DNA of 64,000 nt from Geosiphon pyriformis uo1 (lineage: Eukaryota > Fungi > Glomeromycota): assembly GCA_016748015.1 (NCBI GenBank), contig JAAOMT010000777.1, positions 66,347 through 130,346 on the forward strand, read 5' to 3'. The notes under the pieces are model-generated. The model made no database searches and was not told the origin of the DNA. It saw only the letters and a list, made by a program, of their open reading frames with translations. Made by a program: the position numbers and the translations under genes. Below, in pieces: positions 11,391 to 24,348 of this stretch (its first letter is position 1; each line of letters begins with the position of its first letter).

Positions 11391-12067
11391 TCAAAACTGA
11401 GCTCTGTCAAAGTCCAAGTACTGTCTGTAATTTTCAAATAGTAATCCAAAATTATTGAAAAAATTTGGTCTGAAAATTGTTGAAATTTCAGTTCTGTGAG
11501 CTTTCCAATGTATTGAATCTTCAAAGGTCGTAAAATTGGGTTTTGTAGAACATTTTCACAGATGTAGAATAGGTCATAAAGTCTAAGAGCAGCTTTGAGC
11601 TTGTAGCAACTGTTTGTTGGTCCAGCTGTTGTCTTGAATTTGTTGTGGAGTTGTTTCTGAATAGCTTTTTTTATGAGGTTTGCTGTTGTAAGTTCCAGTT
11701 TCTATTTGTATAGTGTTTTTCCAATGTGAAAATATCTATAGATTGGAGGATATTTAGTGTTTTCTTTATTGAGACACAGTTGAAGTCTTTGTTGAATTGT
11801 AGTATTTGGTGGAATACTAATTAGAATGAGCATTAGGTTTTCTCTTAAAGCAAGCTTTAAAAGTTCTGGCAGATGAATTCCAGAATAACTTCTTGTGTTC
11901 TTCTTATATGGGTGATATTTTTGTGAATTTGGGGCTAAATTTGTAACTACTTCTGTTTGGGTATAATTAATGTGGTTTCCAGTAACAGTAATAGATAATT
12001 TGGGTATTGTTTTTAAAGTTAACATTAGTTTTTGGAATAATTGTTGAATGTTTTGAGGAATAGTCAT
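11391..12067 (-). pseudogene. ORF3 of B
   Basis: MTIPQNIQQL...; one TGG>TAG stop and a 1-nt deletion near the end relative to C. Confidence 0.8.
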
Positions 12068-12183
12068 TATAAGAAATTTGAAATAAAAGAAAATTATTTT
12101 TGGTGTATGGGTTTTTATGTTATTTTTGTTTTGTTTTTGTGAAATTGTTTCTAAATTATAAGAGAATAACTAGTAAAATTAAA

Positions 12184-13569
12184 TTAAGTGTTCAGATTGG
12201 AAGGTTGTTCAATAACAACTATTGGTTCTAAGTTTCGGAGAATATCTTCAGGATTGACTAAAGGGGAATGTATACCAATTTGTGGAATTAATGGTTCAAG
12301 ATTGTTTCTGGAATGATAGTATTTCAAATGATTTCCATGTGCAACTTTTGCTAGAATTTTGTCATCATATCTTAGCTTGTATGATCTATTGCCTAGGACT
12401 TCATGAATAAAAAATAGTCCATCCTATTTATTTTCAAATTTTCCACTCCATTGTTTTTCAGCTTTAGTTCTGTATAAGAGAACTTTGTTTCTGATTTTAA
12501 ATTCATTGGTGACTGAAGACAATTTGTCATCATGCCGTTCTTTTTGTCGAGCTTGGGAGTGTTCAATATGGGTGGGTGCTATTCATTATTTTTCTTCCAA
12601 TGTGTTAAGCAGAGTGTAGACTCTTCACTAAAGTGTTTCTTGGAAATTGTTTTTATCAATTGGTTGTGCTGAGTATGTTTCCACTGTGAAACTAATTGGT
12701 AATGTTGCTGTCCTTTCATAAGTTAAATCAAATGGTGTGTGTTTTGTGGTATCTTGTTTTAGTGTTCTGTATGCTAGCAACACTGATGGAATAAAGATAT
12801 CCCACTCTTGCTTAAAATCGGTTGAGACTTTGGCTAATGACTTACACAATGTTCTATTAAAACGTTCCACAAGTCTGTTTGTTTGTAGATGGTAAGGCGA
12901 AGACAGAGGTCTTTTGACATTGAATCATTCGCAAATTTCTTGTATCAGGTTGTTCACAAAGTGTGTCCCCTGATTGGATAAAAGTTTAATTGGACATCCG
13001 TGTCTACAAATGATATCTTTGTAGATGAAATTTGCTATTGATTTTGCATCTGCTTGTTGAATGGCTCTGGCTTCGGGCCATTTAGTAAGATAGTCTACAG
13101 CTACTGCAATATAATAGTTTCCTTAAGTGGTGATAAATAGTGGTCCAACTAAATCGATACCAACTCGGTCAAAGAGTTGTCCAACTTTGATTGGATTTAA
13201 TGGTTCAGTAGGGCGTGTTCCTTCTTTTCTTTGACAACTATCACAAGATTCAACATATTTGTGAATGTTTTTTCTTATTTGAGGCCAAAAGTAGTATTCT
13301 AGTGTTCTTTGGGTGGTGCTATCTTTTCTGAAGTGTGCTGATGAAGGATCTGAGTGCATGTTGTATAATATGATCTCTTTTTCCTGTTTTTGTATTAATC
13401 TGAGTGGTTTGTTTGGGTTTTTGAAATTTCAATGATAAATAATGTTGTTGTGTAGAAAATATTGTTTGGCTTGTTGTTGTAGTCAATGTTTTTCATTTGG
13501 AGACCAATCTGTTGGGATTGTTAATGATTCCAAATATTGTTTGAGATTGTTGTAGTTTTCCAAATTCAT
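12184..13569 (-). pseudogene. stand-alone integrase ORF of B
   Basis: Own ATG (MNLENYNNLKQYL), HHCC (MHSDPSSAHF...CDSC), VGIDLVGP, MERFN, C-terminal NLEPIVVIEQPSNLNT*. Confidence 0.85.
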
Positions 13570-13620
13570 TGTTTGTTAGCTTTTTTGGTTGGTTAAGTTG
13601 AGTGTTGGTTTTTGTGTTTT

Positions 13621-16600
13621 CTAATCTTGTTTTATTCTGGAGAGACAGTCAACATTGGTGTGGAGTTTTCCTGGTTTGTGATGTACTATATATTGATAGT
13701 TTGCTAGAAATCCTGTTCATCAGGTTTGTTTTACATTCAGCTGAGTATTTTTGTTCTGAAGTCATTTGAGTCCAATATCATCAGTAATAATATCGAATTT
13801 TTTAGGCCTGAGATAAAGGTTGAAATGGTGTAGGGCCCAAATTATGGCTGCTGTTTCTAGTTCTGTGGCAGGGTAGTTTTTCTCAACTGGTTTTAATGTT
13901 TTGCTAGCATAAGCAATTACTCGCTCATTTCCGTTGTCATCTAGTTGTAATAAGATGGCACCAAAAACAGTATATGAAGCATCTGTAGCTAGTTGAAATC
14001 GGTTGCTGAAATCCGGGTAGGCGAGGATTGGAGCTGTTGTCAGTTTTTTCTTGAGAATTTCAAAAGCTTTTTGGTGTTTGGTAGTTTATTTGTATTCAAT
14101 GTTCTTGGTGGTGAGCTGGTTGAGGGATTTTGCAATTTCCGAGAATCCTTTGATAAACTTCCGATAGTAGGATTCTAATCCTATGAATTCTCTTAGTTCT
14201 GTAGTGTTTCGAGGAGTTTTGAAGTTTTTGACAATGCTGATTTTTCCAGGGTTTGGTTTAATTCCATTTTTACTAATGATATGACCAAGGAAGACCAGGC
14301 TTGTTTTTCTAAAGTAGCATTTTTTGATATTGAGTTTTAGTCTTGCTTTTCATAATTGTTGAAAAACTTCTCGCAGATGTTTTAAGTATAATTTGAATGA
14401 TGGAAAATAAACAATAGTATTATCAAGATAAACGACTACTGACTTCCAAAGAAGTCCTTGGTACACAACATCCATTAATCTCTGAAATGTTGCTGGTGCA
14501 TTGCATAATCCGAAAGGCATTACATTGAACTTATAATTTCCACCTTGAGTGGTGAATGCTGTTTTGGGGTGATCTTTGGGATCCATAACAACTTGCCAGT
14601 AACCGCTTTCTAAATCTAGTGTTGAAAAGTATTTGGATTTTCCAAGGGCATCTAATATGTTATCAATTCAGGGAAAGGGATAGGCATCTCCAATTGTAAC
14701 ACTGTTGAGTTGTCAATAGTCAACACAAAATTGTATCTTTTCATTTTTTTTTTAACTAGCACTACAGGTGAAGCCCAAGGACTCATGGAGAGTTGGATGA
14801 GCCCATTGTTAAACATTTGTTGTACTTCTTCTTGGATGAATTGGTGGCTTTCTGGAGCAACTCGATATGCTTGTTGTCTTCTTGGTTTGGCATCTCCTGT
14901 ATAAATTTGGTGTTGGACCAAATTGGTTTTTCCTAAGTCATTGTTGTTTTCAGTAAAGATATCGGCAAATTCTGCAATTAGCTCTTTGAGCTGGCTCCAT
15001 TGTTGTGGTTCAAGTTGTCTCATGTTGATTTGAGATAGTTTTTTTATGACAACATGGTAGTTTTTAGAGCTAGGGTTCAGGTTGATTTTTGGTAGTGAAT
15101 ATCCAATAATTTCAGAGAAATCAGAGACTATTTGGGGTAATTCTTGTTGAAATATATTACTGTGAATAACTCCAATTTCTAAATTATTTAATAAAATTAT
15201 GGGGTAATTATTGGGATTGTAAAAAGTAACTTGCACTTTCTTTGTTCCTTCTGAAATATAAATGTTTGGGATCAAAATATTATGTTCCAAGCAGACTTGT
15301 TTATTGGACTCAAAAATTTGTTGTGTGGTTGTTGGCTTTGGGCAGGTGTAGATTTCCGGATGTTCTCCAAAGAGTGAGATAGTAATTGGTTGTGGAAGTC
15401 TGAGAATCTGGTAGAATTTGTTCTGTGTGTTAAGAGTTATATTAACTGGAATTGTGAATCGTTCAGTTGAACCAAAACCTTGGGTTCCTCTATTGCTTTT
15501 TCTTAATTGTTCTCTTTGATTGACTAGTTGCAAACCTGAAATGTTGATTAGGGGTAGGTAAATAACTTGGGCAATTTTTTCAGCATGTTTGATCTTGAAT
15601 GGTTTGTCAGTTTCATTTTGAAGCATTACTGTTATGTCTCCAGTATATCCAGCGTTAATTATTCCTTCTTTGACATTAATTCCTTTGCTTGCCAGAGAGG
15701 ACCGGGAGGCGATTTGAACCATCGCTTTTGGCGGGATTTCGAATGCAATTTTGAGGTTGATTTTTGTAAGAGATTTGGGTTTGAGAACAAGAGTATCCTT
15801 GCCTGGATATTTTAGGTCATATCCAGCATCAATTTCGTGTGCTTTTTCAGGTTTTATTCCTTGTCTGTTGTTGTTAAGGTATTTAAGTTGTAAAACAGAC
15901 TGATTTTTGATAAGGTAGATGGGTGTTGTTTTAATTTCTTCCGTTTCTTCAGGTTCTCTGAATTCAATTTGATTCTCATCATTTTTGCTGGGCAAGAGAA
16001 TACTAAGAGCATAACATTCAGGACACCATTGTTTATCACAAGGCATAATGCATTCTTCACATAGCCTAATGTTCATTTGCTCTAATCGTTGAATTTGAGC
16101 TTCTTGGATTGGGTAGGTGTGACTTGCAATTTGGTGGTAGACTTCTACTTTGTTTTTATAATTGAAACCAGCTAATTCCATGGTGTATTCAATGTATTCT
16201 GCTTTTTTCATTTGACAAACATCTTTTTTGGTAGCTCTATTAATTAATGCCATTGCTAGGTTGAAAATCATCTTAGCATCATGGGGGTAGTGATAAAGTT
16301 TGTTGAGAGCACTGTTGTATGCCGCATTAAAGGGTGTTCCTCTTTTTACTTTTTCTGAAATTGATAAAGCATATTGGCAGGTCTGATCACAGACTCCTTC
16401 TCTTATGGCTACATCAATCTAATTGCATTCTTCTGGTAGCATATCTCCACAAGTTAAACAAGGGGTGTTGTCCCATTTTTCACTCCTTTTTATTAGATGG
16501 CCCTATCGTTCTCTGTGGCAAGCCTTGCAGTAATAACAAGTATGATTTTCATATTCTTCTTCAGGTGAAATGCAGGCTCCCATTGACGATAGTTTTTTGT

Positions 16601-19281
16601 GGCAGTCCTTACATTTAAGGAGAATATAGGGGCATTGTTTCCTTGGTTCGGGTTTGAGTAAGAAATATTCCATCCAGAGATTTCGGGTTCAGAGTATGAG
16701 GTAAAATGTTCTTGTTCTGTTTCATTGGCCCAGTTGGATGTTGATCCAAGAGCCATAAATGTTTCAATGAGAGGTTTTTCTTTTTCTGGTTCAAATTCAA
16801 AAGCTGGGGCTTTTTTAGAGCATTTGTTGAATGTACCACAAGTGGCAGGTACTCGGGCGTGTTGTTCTTGGTAGAAGATTGTTAATTCTTGTGTTTCCCA
16901 ATTCAAATTAGCATTGGCTTTTTGAAGCCAATCATTTCCGACAAGAGCTTGGTATTGGGCTGCGTCCATTATAAGAACTTTGACTGGAATGATGATTCCA
17001 TCAAGAGTGAACAGAAAATTGTCAATTTCTCCTACTGGGGTCTTTTTCATGCCATCAGCAGTGATGATTACTGTTTGAGCTGGTCGGTTGACATTTTTCT
17101 TTAACTGTTGCATTAACTGGTAGATAATAATGCTTCCGGCAGATCCACTGTCTAGGATTAAGCAAATTGCCTTTCTTTCAACTTCTGCTTCAGTGTACAT
17201 AGTAGTGATTGCTTTTTGTTCATTAGCGGATGTATTGCTAAGCAGGAATGGTGACTTATTTGCTTCGAACTTAAAAGGGAATATATCTGAAAGGTTAGCA
17301 TTTTCAGTAATTTTGGCTGGTGGGATTGTGGTGGGAGTATAGGAAAAGTTTTGTTGTTGTGCTGCAGCTCTACCTTCCAAATGTGCAGTATGGTAAAAAT
17401 TCTGTTCTTTTGGCATTGTTAAATAACTGGGTTGAGTGTGGTAGTGGTTGGGTCTTAGTTGAGTGAAATTTTGGGGAACCAATTGGTTGTTTGAACTGAT
17501 TCTATTGTTGTGTACTTGGTATTGGTTTTGTGATGTGAATTGATTTTGTGTAGTTAGTCTTTGAGCAGGTACTTGATAATGTTGTGTGGGTGGTTGTTGG
17601 TATTGCTGTTGGATTGGCTGTGGGGTGGGCTGATAATAGTTATTTTGGTATTGGGGTTTTGGTGGATAGTAAGCTGGTGGTAGTGGTTGATAATAAGATT
17701 GCTGTGGTAGAGGGTAACGTTAATTACTCTTATTTTGTTGGTCTCATTATAGCTTTCTGCAATCTCTTTTCCAGTGGTCTGAGATTCCACAGTAATGGCA
17801 ATTCTGAGGCTGGTTATTGGAAAGTAGTGCAAAGTTATTTTGATTTCGTCTTTGGGGTGGTTGATATCTTTGGGGTTGCTGTTGTTGTTAATTGGTAAAA
17901 TAGTTTTCAATTTTCTTTGTGAGTTGGTCAATTTTTTCCTCAACTGCTAAGCTGGTTTCTCCAATTGCCAAATTTACAAGTTTTGTGCAATTGGTCTCTT
18001 TCATGGCCATTTCATATCTTTTCGCATGCTGTATGGCAGAGTTCAAATTTTCTGGGGCATGTGAGCGAACCTTTTTAATTAGTTTATCTTTTAGACCAGC
18101 GATAAATTAATCCAAGATTTGAGCATCAGAATAATAATTGTTTGTTTCGAGTTGGTGAATTTGTCTGAAAAGTTTGTTGAATTTCCCAATATAAGTCATA
18201 ACAGATTCGGAGGGTTCTTGTTTGATATTTCGAAAATGGTTGCGAAGGGTGATGGAGGTATTATTGTTGGTAAACTGTTCAAGGAAGGCTGCTTTGAAAG
18301 CGTTTCAATTATTGAATAGGGTGGCCAAGTTTTCAAACCATTCTTCTGCTGTTTCTTTGAGAAAGTAGGGAATTGTTCTTAACATTCTGGCAGCATTCCA
18401 TCCATTTGTATCTCCAGCTTTAGTAACTTAGTCGAGCCATTCTTGGGAACTGGTCTCAATGTCTTCTCCATTAAATTCAGAGATTTTTGTGATGTAGGTT
18501 GTCATTTTGTCTTCTTCATTTTCACTAACTATTGATTTTTCTTCAGATATTATGGATTTGTTTTTTTCGTTTGCTGCTGTCTCAGAATGTTCACTTTGAT
18601 TTTCAGCTAGAAAGTCAAGGAGATTGCAACTAGTTTGAAGGGGTTCTTGTTGTCTGGTGGAACTTCTGAGTGATGTAAAATCTTCTGGTTTTGCAAATCA
18701 ATTTAAGTGTGAATTAGGTGTTTGTGCTTGTGCAAGTGAAGCTGGAAAAGATGTGATAGTAAGTGGAAATTTTGAACTGGTTCCTTGTTCAGGTGTTTGT
18801 AAATGTTTGGCAGTTGTTTTTGGTAGTGTTGGAGTATTTGGGGTAGTATTTGAGTATTGCTTCAATTTGTTTTTGCCTTTGTTGCTTGTTTCTGTTTTCG
18901 ATTCAAAATCAATAGAGTATTGAGACTGCACTGGATATGTTTCTTTACAGTATTTGATAATGTTAAAATTAAGTTTGTGAAAGTAAGTGGCAAGTGTTTC
19001 ACTGTTAAGGTCTTCTGTTCCCAATTGTGAATAGTGCACTAAATTATTGTAGAGGTTGCTTCTAACTTCTGAAATGTTGTAGTTTCCAAAAAGATAATTG
19101 TTGATGCAGTTTTCAATGTATTGGTATACTGATTTTTTGATGACTTCAATTCCGTCTGGAATGTTGAATCTTTGCTTGCAGTGGGTGTAAATTGATTGGT
19201 AATACTCTAGAGTTGTTGCGTCTGGTGTGGTCACTACTTTGAATTTGTTGTTGCTGTCTTATTTCCATGGGAGAGCACCAA
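13621..19281 (-). pseudogene. gag-PR-Cys-rich-dUTPase-RT-RNaseH of B
   Basis: Gag, CCHC knuckle, LILDSGSAGS protease, DAGYDL/ASRSSL/RGTQGFGST dUTPase, RT, RH ending NVDCLSRIKQD-TAG. Confidence 0.9.
19262..19280 (-). other. primer binding site of B
   Basis: TGGTGCTCTCCCATGGAAA begins 2 nt after the LTR CA. Confidence 0.85.
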
Positions 19282-19282
19282 A

Positions 19283-20244
19283 TGTTACTGGAGGTTTTTG
19301 GTCTTTTTTTTTGAATGTTGTCAATGTCTGTTTGCTGTGAATTCACGTTTCCAGGAAGTAGTTGGACCTCCAGTAACTGAATTTATCTTCAAATTATCTC
19401 CTATAATTTGAACTTGCTGGGCTTATGAGTGGAATAGCCAATTCCATACCAGTTGCTTTATGTAGTTATGTTGTAGTAAACATCAACTCTTTCCTAGGAA
19501 TTGCTCGTCTAGAAGCTCACTAAAAATGTGTAGTTACTTTGCTGTGAAAGTTAACTCTTCTACAGGAATCTCATCTGTAGGCTACCCTAATGATTGTAAT
19601 AAGAAAAGAAAAGAAAAATAAAAGAAATGTAAAAGAAATAGGATTTTATCAAGGGAAATGTTTTTCTATCCAGGTCTGGAGCCACTAACAGTTTACTGAA
19701 ATTGGTAGCTAATCAATTTCAAAATGTTAGTTGGGTTTTGGGGATTTTTCACGTGTAATAATTAAAGAATTTGGTTTTTCGAATTATTTGATATTTATTT
19801 CTTTTTTGTGTGTATAGGAATGGTTTTAAGTGATAAATCTAAAGTAAGATGCATTTTCTCAAAAAGAGAAGCTCTTCTTTTATACAACTTGTCGTAACAC
19901 TATTCTATGAACTTGAATTTTGCTATTTTTTACAATTTTGCTGAACTAAAGATATATTTCGGCAAACTACAAGTTATTTCTGTAAACTATCAATTATTTC
20001 GGCAAATTTCTACAAATTTCGGCAAACTTTTAAATGTTACATAGTTTGGGGTATTGCATGATTGATCATTGCAATTAGGTTACATTTGTGTTGTGTACAA
20101 TTTGGGTTATTAATTAAATAATGATTTCAGACATTTTTGCTAATGTAATAAGTGATAATTTGAAATGATAATATATGCTAATTAATGATAGGATTTATAA
20201 GATAATTTCATGCTAAATAATATCTCTAATTTCGTCTGGTAACA
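19283..20244 (-). repeat. 5' LTR of B (962 bp)
   Basis: Direct repeat of 10398-11379 lacking one 20-bp internal repeat unit. Confidence 0.95.
19876..19884 (-). promoter_or_regulatory. TATA box in the 5' LTR of B
   Basis: TATAAAAGA on the minus strand, conserved in all four B/C LTRs, downstream of ~20-bp U3 repeats. Confidence 0.6.
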
Positions 20245-20248
20245 TCAT

Positions 20249-22559
20249 TAACAAAGGCTTCAGCAGTGAAAAAAGAAAAAAGCCCAGTCTGAGATTCAGC
20301 GTGACCATTCCTAAAGACAAAATGGGAATTGAGTCTATACCCATACACACTCTCCTGATGCTTAATTTCACACAAAAGAGGATCATAAAATATGCACTAA
20401 AGAAGAGAGGAAAAAACTTCTCCTTGGTCCAACCCATTATGTACATGATAACTATCAGTCAAACCAAAATCTGTCATAACTTGATTGATCTGATTTCTAT
20501 GAATATTACCGAAAAAACGAATAAACCTATCACACATTTTGATCCTAACCAAACATTTCTTAAGGTGCTCTCATCCAACAGAATTGTATGCTTTTCACAT
20601 GTCTTGTAACACTAGCCAGAGCTCCCGATTTTTTTCCAAAGCATCCTCAACAACTGAACTAATAGCAAAAATAGGAATCTGGGTAGTAGTACCTTTCAAA
20701 ACTGAAAAATTATCTCCACAAAAAACGTCATAAGCACTGCACGCCAGTAATATCCTGTCAGAGAGAATTTTAGATAGAATCTTACAAGCCGTTTCGATTA
20801 AAGTTATAGGTTGGGTATTTGTAAGGACACTCTTCCACTCGTATGGTTTAGAGATCATTGAGACCCAAGCTTCTTTCCAAGGACCAGGCACAGATTCATG
20901 AAACAGACAAGAATTTAGAAACACCAAAAGCATATCTAGAACAGACCTATCACTATGCATCTACAGTTCATTTGAGATACCCAAAAGACCAGCAGTCTTG
21001 CCAATAGGCAGATCAGAAACCACGCTAAACAATTCCAAAAACTCAATTGGTTGCATAACACCAGAAAAAGCCTCATCAAAAATGTAACTTAACAGTCAAT
21101 ACTGACAATGCCACACTTTAGGGATATCGGAAATCACACTATGCTTTCTAGTCTATCCTTCCATGATTTCATTCACCTTTGATCTCACAGGACCAAGTTC
21201 CAAAATCAGCTCATTGTCTACAACCAAGTGATCCAAAATGATCTTATGGAAAGGGCACTTCAAGATGCTTCAAATAGTGTGACCCTTGTTCAGCTCAAAA
21301 CTTTTCATCCTCTTATTGATTGCTGATTTGATATGAGATTCCTCTATGTGTTTCGATTCCGCTATTTTAAGTAAGTGATAAGTTTTCCTGATCTTGGAAA
21401 GAGCTGACCAAACAGTATCAAGAGGAAAACCAAAGAGGAAGAGAGATCTGACCACAGAGGCAGTTCTATCATTAAGAGAACCCCAGACATCCAACAGTGA
21501 AATGAATTTGTCACAACAGATTGATTGAGAAGCCTTAACCAGCCTTAATACCAAAAGTTCTAACTTGTGAAATTTGGATAATTCCTTAGTAAAGACACCA
21601 TCATAGTCCTTAAACCATCTCTTCTTAAACACCTCATTAGCTGAAAAAACTATTGTCTTGTGAACAATGTCCTACATTGCATCCAAATCTGAGACATGCT
21701 GGGAGGCAATAAAATCATCAAAGAACATGATGGCATTAGCTGTCATAGCATCCTTGAACTTTTCCCATTTCACATTATTAGCACCTTTAAAATTAAAATT
21801 CCAACAATCTCTATTCGCCTGTTTGCGAAGAGAATTCAATTGCACATCCAATAAACTACCCAAACCCAAAGACACAGAAACAGCTTGATGGTCTGTTTCA
21901 AAATGTCCACCAACATCCAAGACACTGCAATGTATTATTGCATTAACCAAATTCAAAGAGACTAACACATAGTCAATCATTTTTCTAACACCCTTAAAGT
22001 TTGCCCAAGTATGCATTTTCATAGCTGGGCTTCCGACCAAAGAATTAGCCAAATCCAAATCAAGACATTTCCTAAAACTTGTGTACTTACGAGAACCATC
22101 TTCATTGAAATTACCACCAAAAACAATAAAAGAAGATTCATTGACAGCCTTCGCAATGAAAAAGTTAACTTCACCAGTCTGAGAGAACCGAACTGCCAAA
22201 GAAGCACCAGCATAAAGCCCCAGAATTGACACAGAAAGTTTATTCTTGAAAAGTAATTTAATTGACAGGAGCTGACCAAGCACCTCAGAAACCTTGTACA
22301 CATGACAAGCCAAAGAAACATTCATGATAACAGCAACTCCTGCACCCAAATGACCTGAGTCTAAACCAGAAGTGAACACTCGAACACCGTCAAACTTATC
22401 TGCAATCTATGGATGAATCTTACTTCTTAATTTTGTTTTAGTAACGATAGAGACCAGATTATTCATTTCCTTATGCCATCTAATAATGTCCTTTTGCTTA
22501 GCAGGATTGTTCATGCCCCTAACATTGCACGTAGCAACTTTCCAGACCAAACTACTCAT
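20249..22559 (-). pseudogene. LINE L-1 ORF2 5' half (APE endonuclease and RT N-terminus)
   Basis: MSSLVWKVATCNVRG, GGNFN, IDYVLV, ETDHQAV; WKEAWVSMISKP, LQDM, LDQGEVFSPL. Confidence 0.85.
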
Positions 22560-24348
22560 TGAGTGAGAGGTAGAAACACCGAACTTGCACCAAGAATATC
22601 CACTTTGGCTGAAAGGCTCAGAACCGTTTCCATTAAACACTTCATGCTGTCTTCCAGCTTAGACACTGAAGACAAATCGAAAAACACCACTCCCGTGACA
22701 GTCCCACCACTAGTGGCTGCACTCGAACTCTCACTCATCACTATATCCGCCCCTTGATTCTGTGATGAAGGGGTCACCAATGGCTAACATCCAGGACTAA
22801 GCTGGGAAACTGTTGGCCCGAGTACATCCAACCTCTTAGCCAGCTGACCCACTTGCTCTACAAGACTGGCAAGACTGTGCTCAAGAGCAGCAAACCTAAC
22901 ATTAACTTCCATAACACCTGGTAGGAACGGTTTCATCTCTAAAGAGGAGCCAGAAGGAACCAAACCATTGTGCAACTGGAGAGGGGAGGAAGAAGAAGTA
23001 TTCATAATCTTCACCCAAGACACACCACCAAAAGAAACAGAATGAGCAACTGGAGCCAAACACTTGACATAAATGGTTGTCAGTCTGCTTTTATCAGCAT
23101 CTGAAAATACCCTGCGTGGTGAACTACCAGAAAAAACTTTCCCACCAGAAACACAGCCCAAAGAAGTATGACCAGATTTCTTACACTTGGCACAAACAGT
23201 AGAAACAAGCTGAACCCATTTCAGATTAGCATCTCTTAATACAGACGTAGTTTTCAAAGCAGCATCCAATAACTCAGCAGATTTAAAACAAATAGCTACA
23301 CACTTAGCACAAACATATGTAACCAGATAATGATCAATAACACAGGTCAACCCACCAACAGAATTAATATAAACCCAAATATCATGTGCATTTGTTCCCA
23401 TGAGCAAAGTATACAATAATGCTTTATGTACATCCTTTGCATCCCATAATTTTTTATCCTTATCTGATCTGGCGACACGTACTGCATCCTTCCTGATGAG
23501 GATAGACCACTGAGCTGCAACCAAATCAGCATGTTCAATCTGTTTGAATTCGACCACAGCTTTTTGCCACAGCCCTATCAACTGCATCTTGATAGACTTA
23601 ATTATACCATAATTAGACAGCGCAGCATGCACAGTCTCAGCTAATATACCAATTGGGATTTCCTTAAGCACCACAGTCTGATCTGACTGCCCAGAAAATT
23701 TTTTGAGATCAGTATTCACCAAGATCTTCACATCATTAGCCAATTTGGTAGCTTTCATTAAACTAGATTCAAAAGTGAACGTTGCCTGGATGATCCCAGA
23801 GAATTTTGAGGGGATAGAGACCCCCCAAAACCATTAATTTTCGAAAATAATTTCCTGACCACAGCCAGCTTGTCCTGAGTAGATTTCCCAGAAATATTGA
23901 CCAGATCAATATCCAAAGCAAAAGACTTCCTAACAGACACATTGACCAAATTTTTGAGAGGGGGAGAAAGCACCACAGGCTTATCCAGGAAAATGTCATC
24001 ATCATTATCACTGCCCAGAAAGTTGATTTTGCTCAAAGACTTGCCTAAAGCTTGCTTGGTAACCAACCTCGGACTCTTCGGCATCTGGTTACTGTCTTTT
24101 CCTTTGAGAACAACCCTTTCACCATAATTCACACTAGTTTCCTCAATCAAGAATTCCTTCTTCATATCTACACTGTCAAATTCAGTGGTATCACCAGCTT
24201 CAGATCCCCAAGAACTACCAACTGAGTTACCAGGTAAAACCATATCACGTACAATACTGTCTTTTAGAACACCTCCTTTTCTCTTTTTCCTAGAGGCAAC
24301 ATTTTTGCTAACAATATTCACACTAAAGTCCTTAACAGACTTTTTCAT
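22556..24348 (-). pseudogene. LINE L-1 ORF1 (RRM-like region, CCHC knuckle, coiled coil)
   Basis: VVLKEIPIG...WQKAVVEF; CAKCKKSGHTSLGC; LEHSLASLVEQVGQLAKRL. Start codon approximate. Confidence 0.8.

Larger units (their letters stand above)
10398..20244 (-). mobile_element. complete Ty3/gypsy-like LTR retrotransposon B with 4-bp TSD (TCAT)
   Basis: Two LTRs with TG...CA ends, PBS, PPT, gag-pol, IN and ORF3. TCAT occurs at 10394-10397 and 20245-20248, and the host LINE rejoins cleanly. Confidence 0.95.

Noticed and set aside
11348-11400. ORF3 of B reading through the PPT into the 3' LTR
   Set aside because: A and C both end FD(G/R)AQ(S/Y)* at the PPT; B has a 1-nt deletion.
17554-18923. Antisense and alternative-frame ORFs over gag, also present in C
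   Set aside because: Shadows of low-complexity Q/P/N-rich coding sequence. Recurrence in B and C only reflects their nucleotide similarity.
22781-22790. Shared TAG after SPGC in ORF1 of L-1 and L-2 as programmed readthrough
   Set aside because: Easily explained by parallel or inherited CAG>TAG under the strong C>T bias. Only two related copies show it and there is no frame change.
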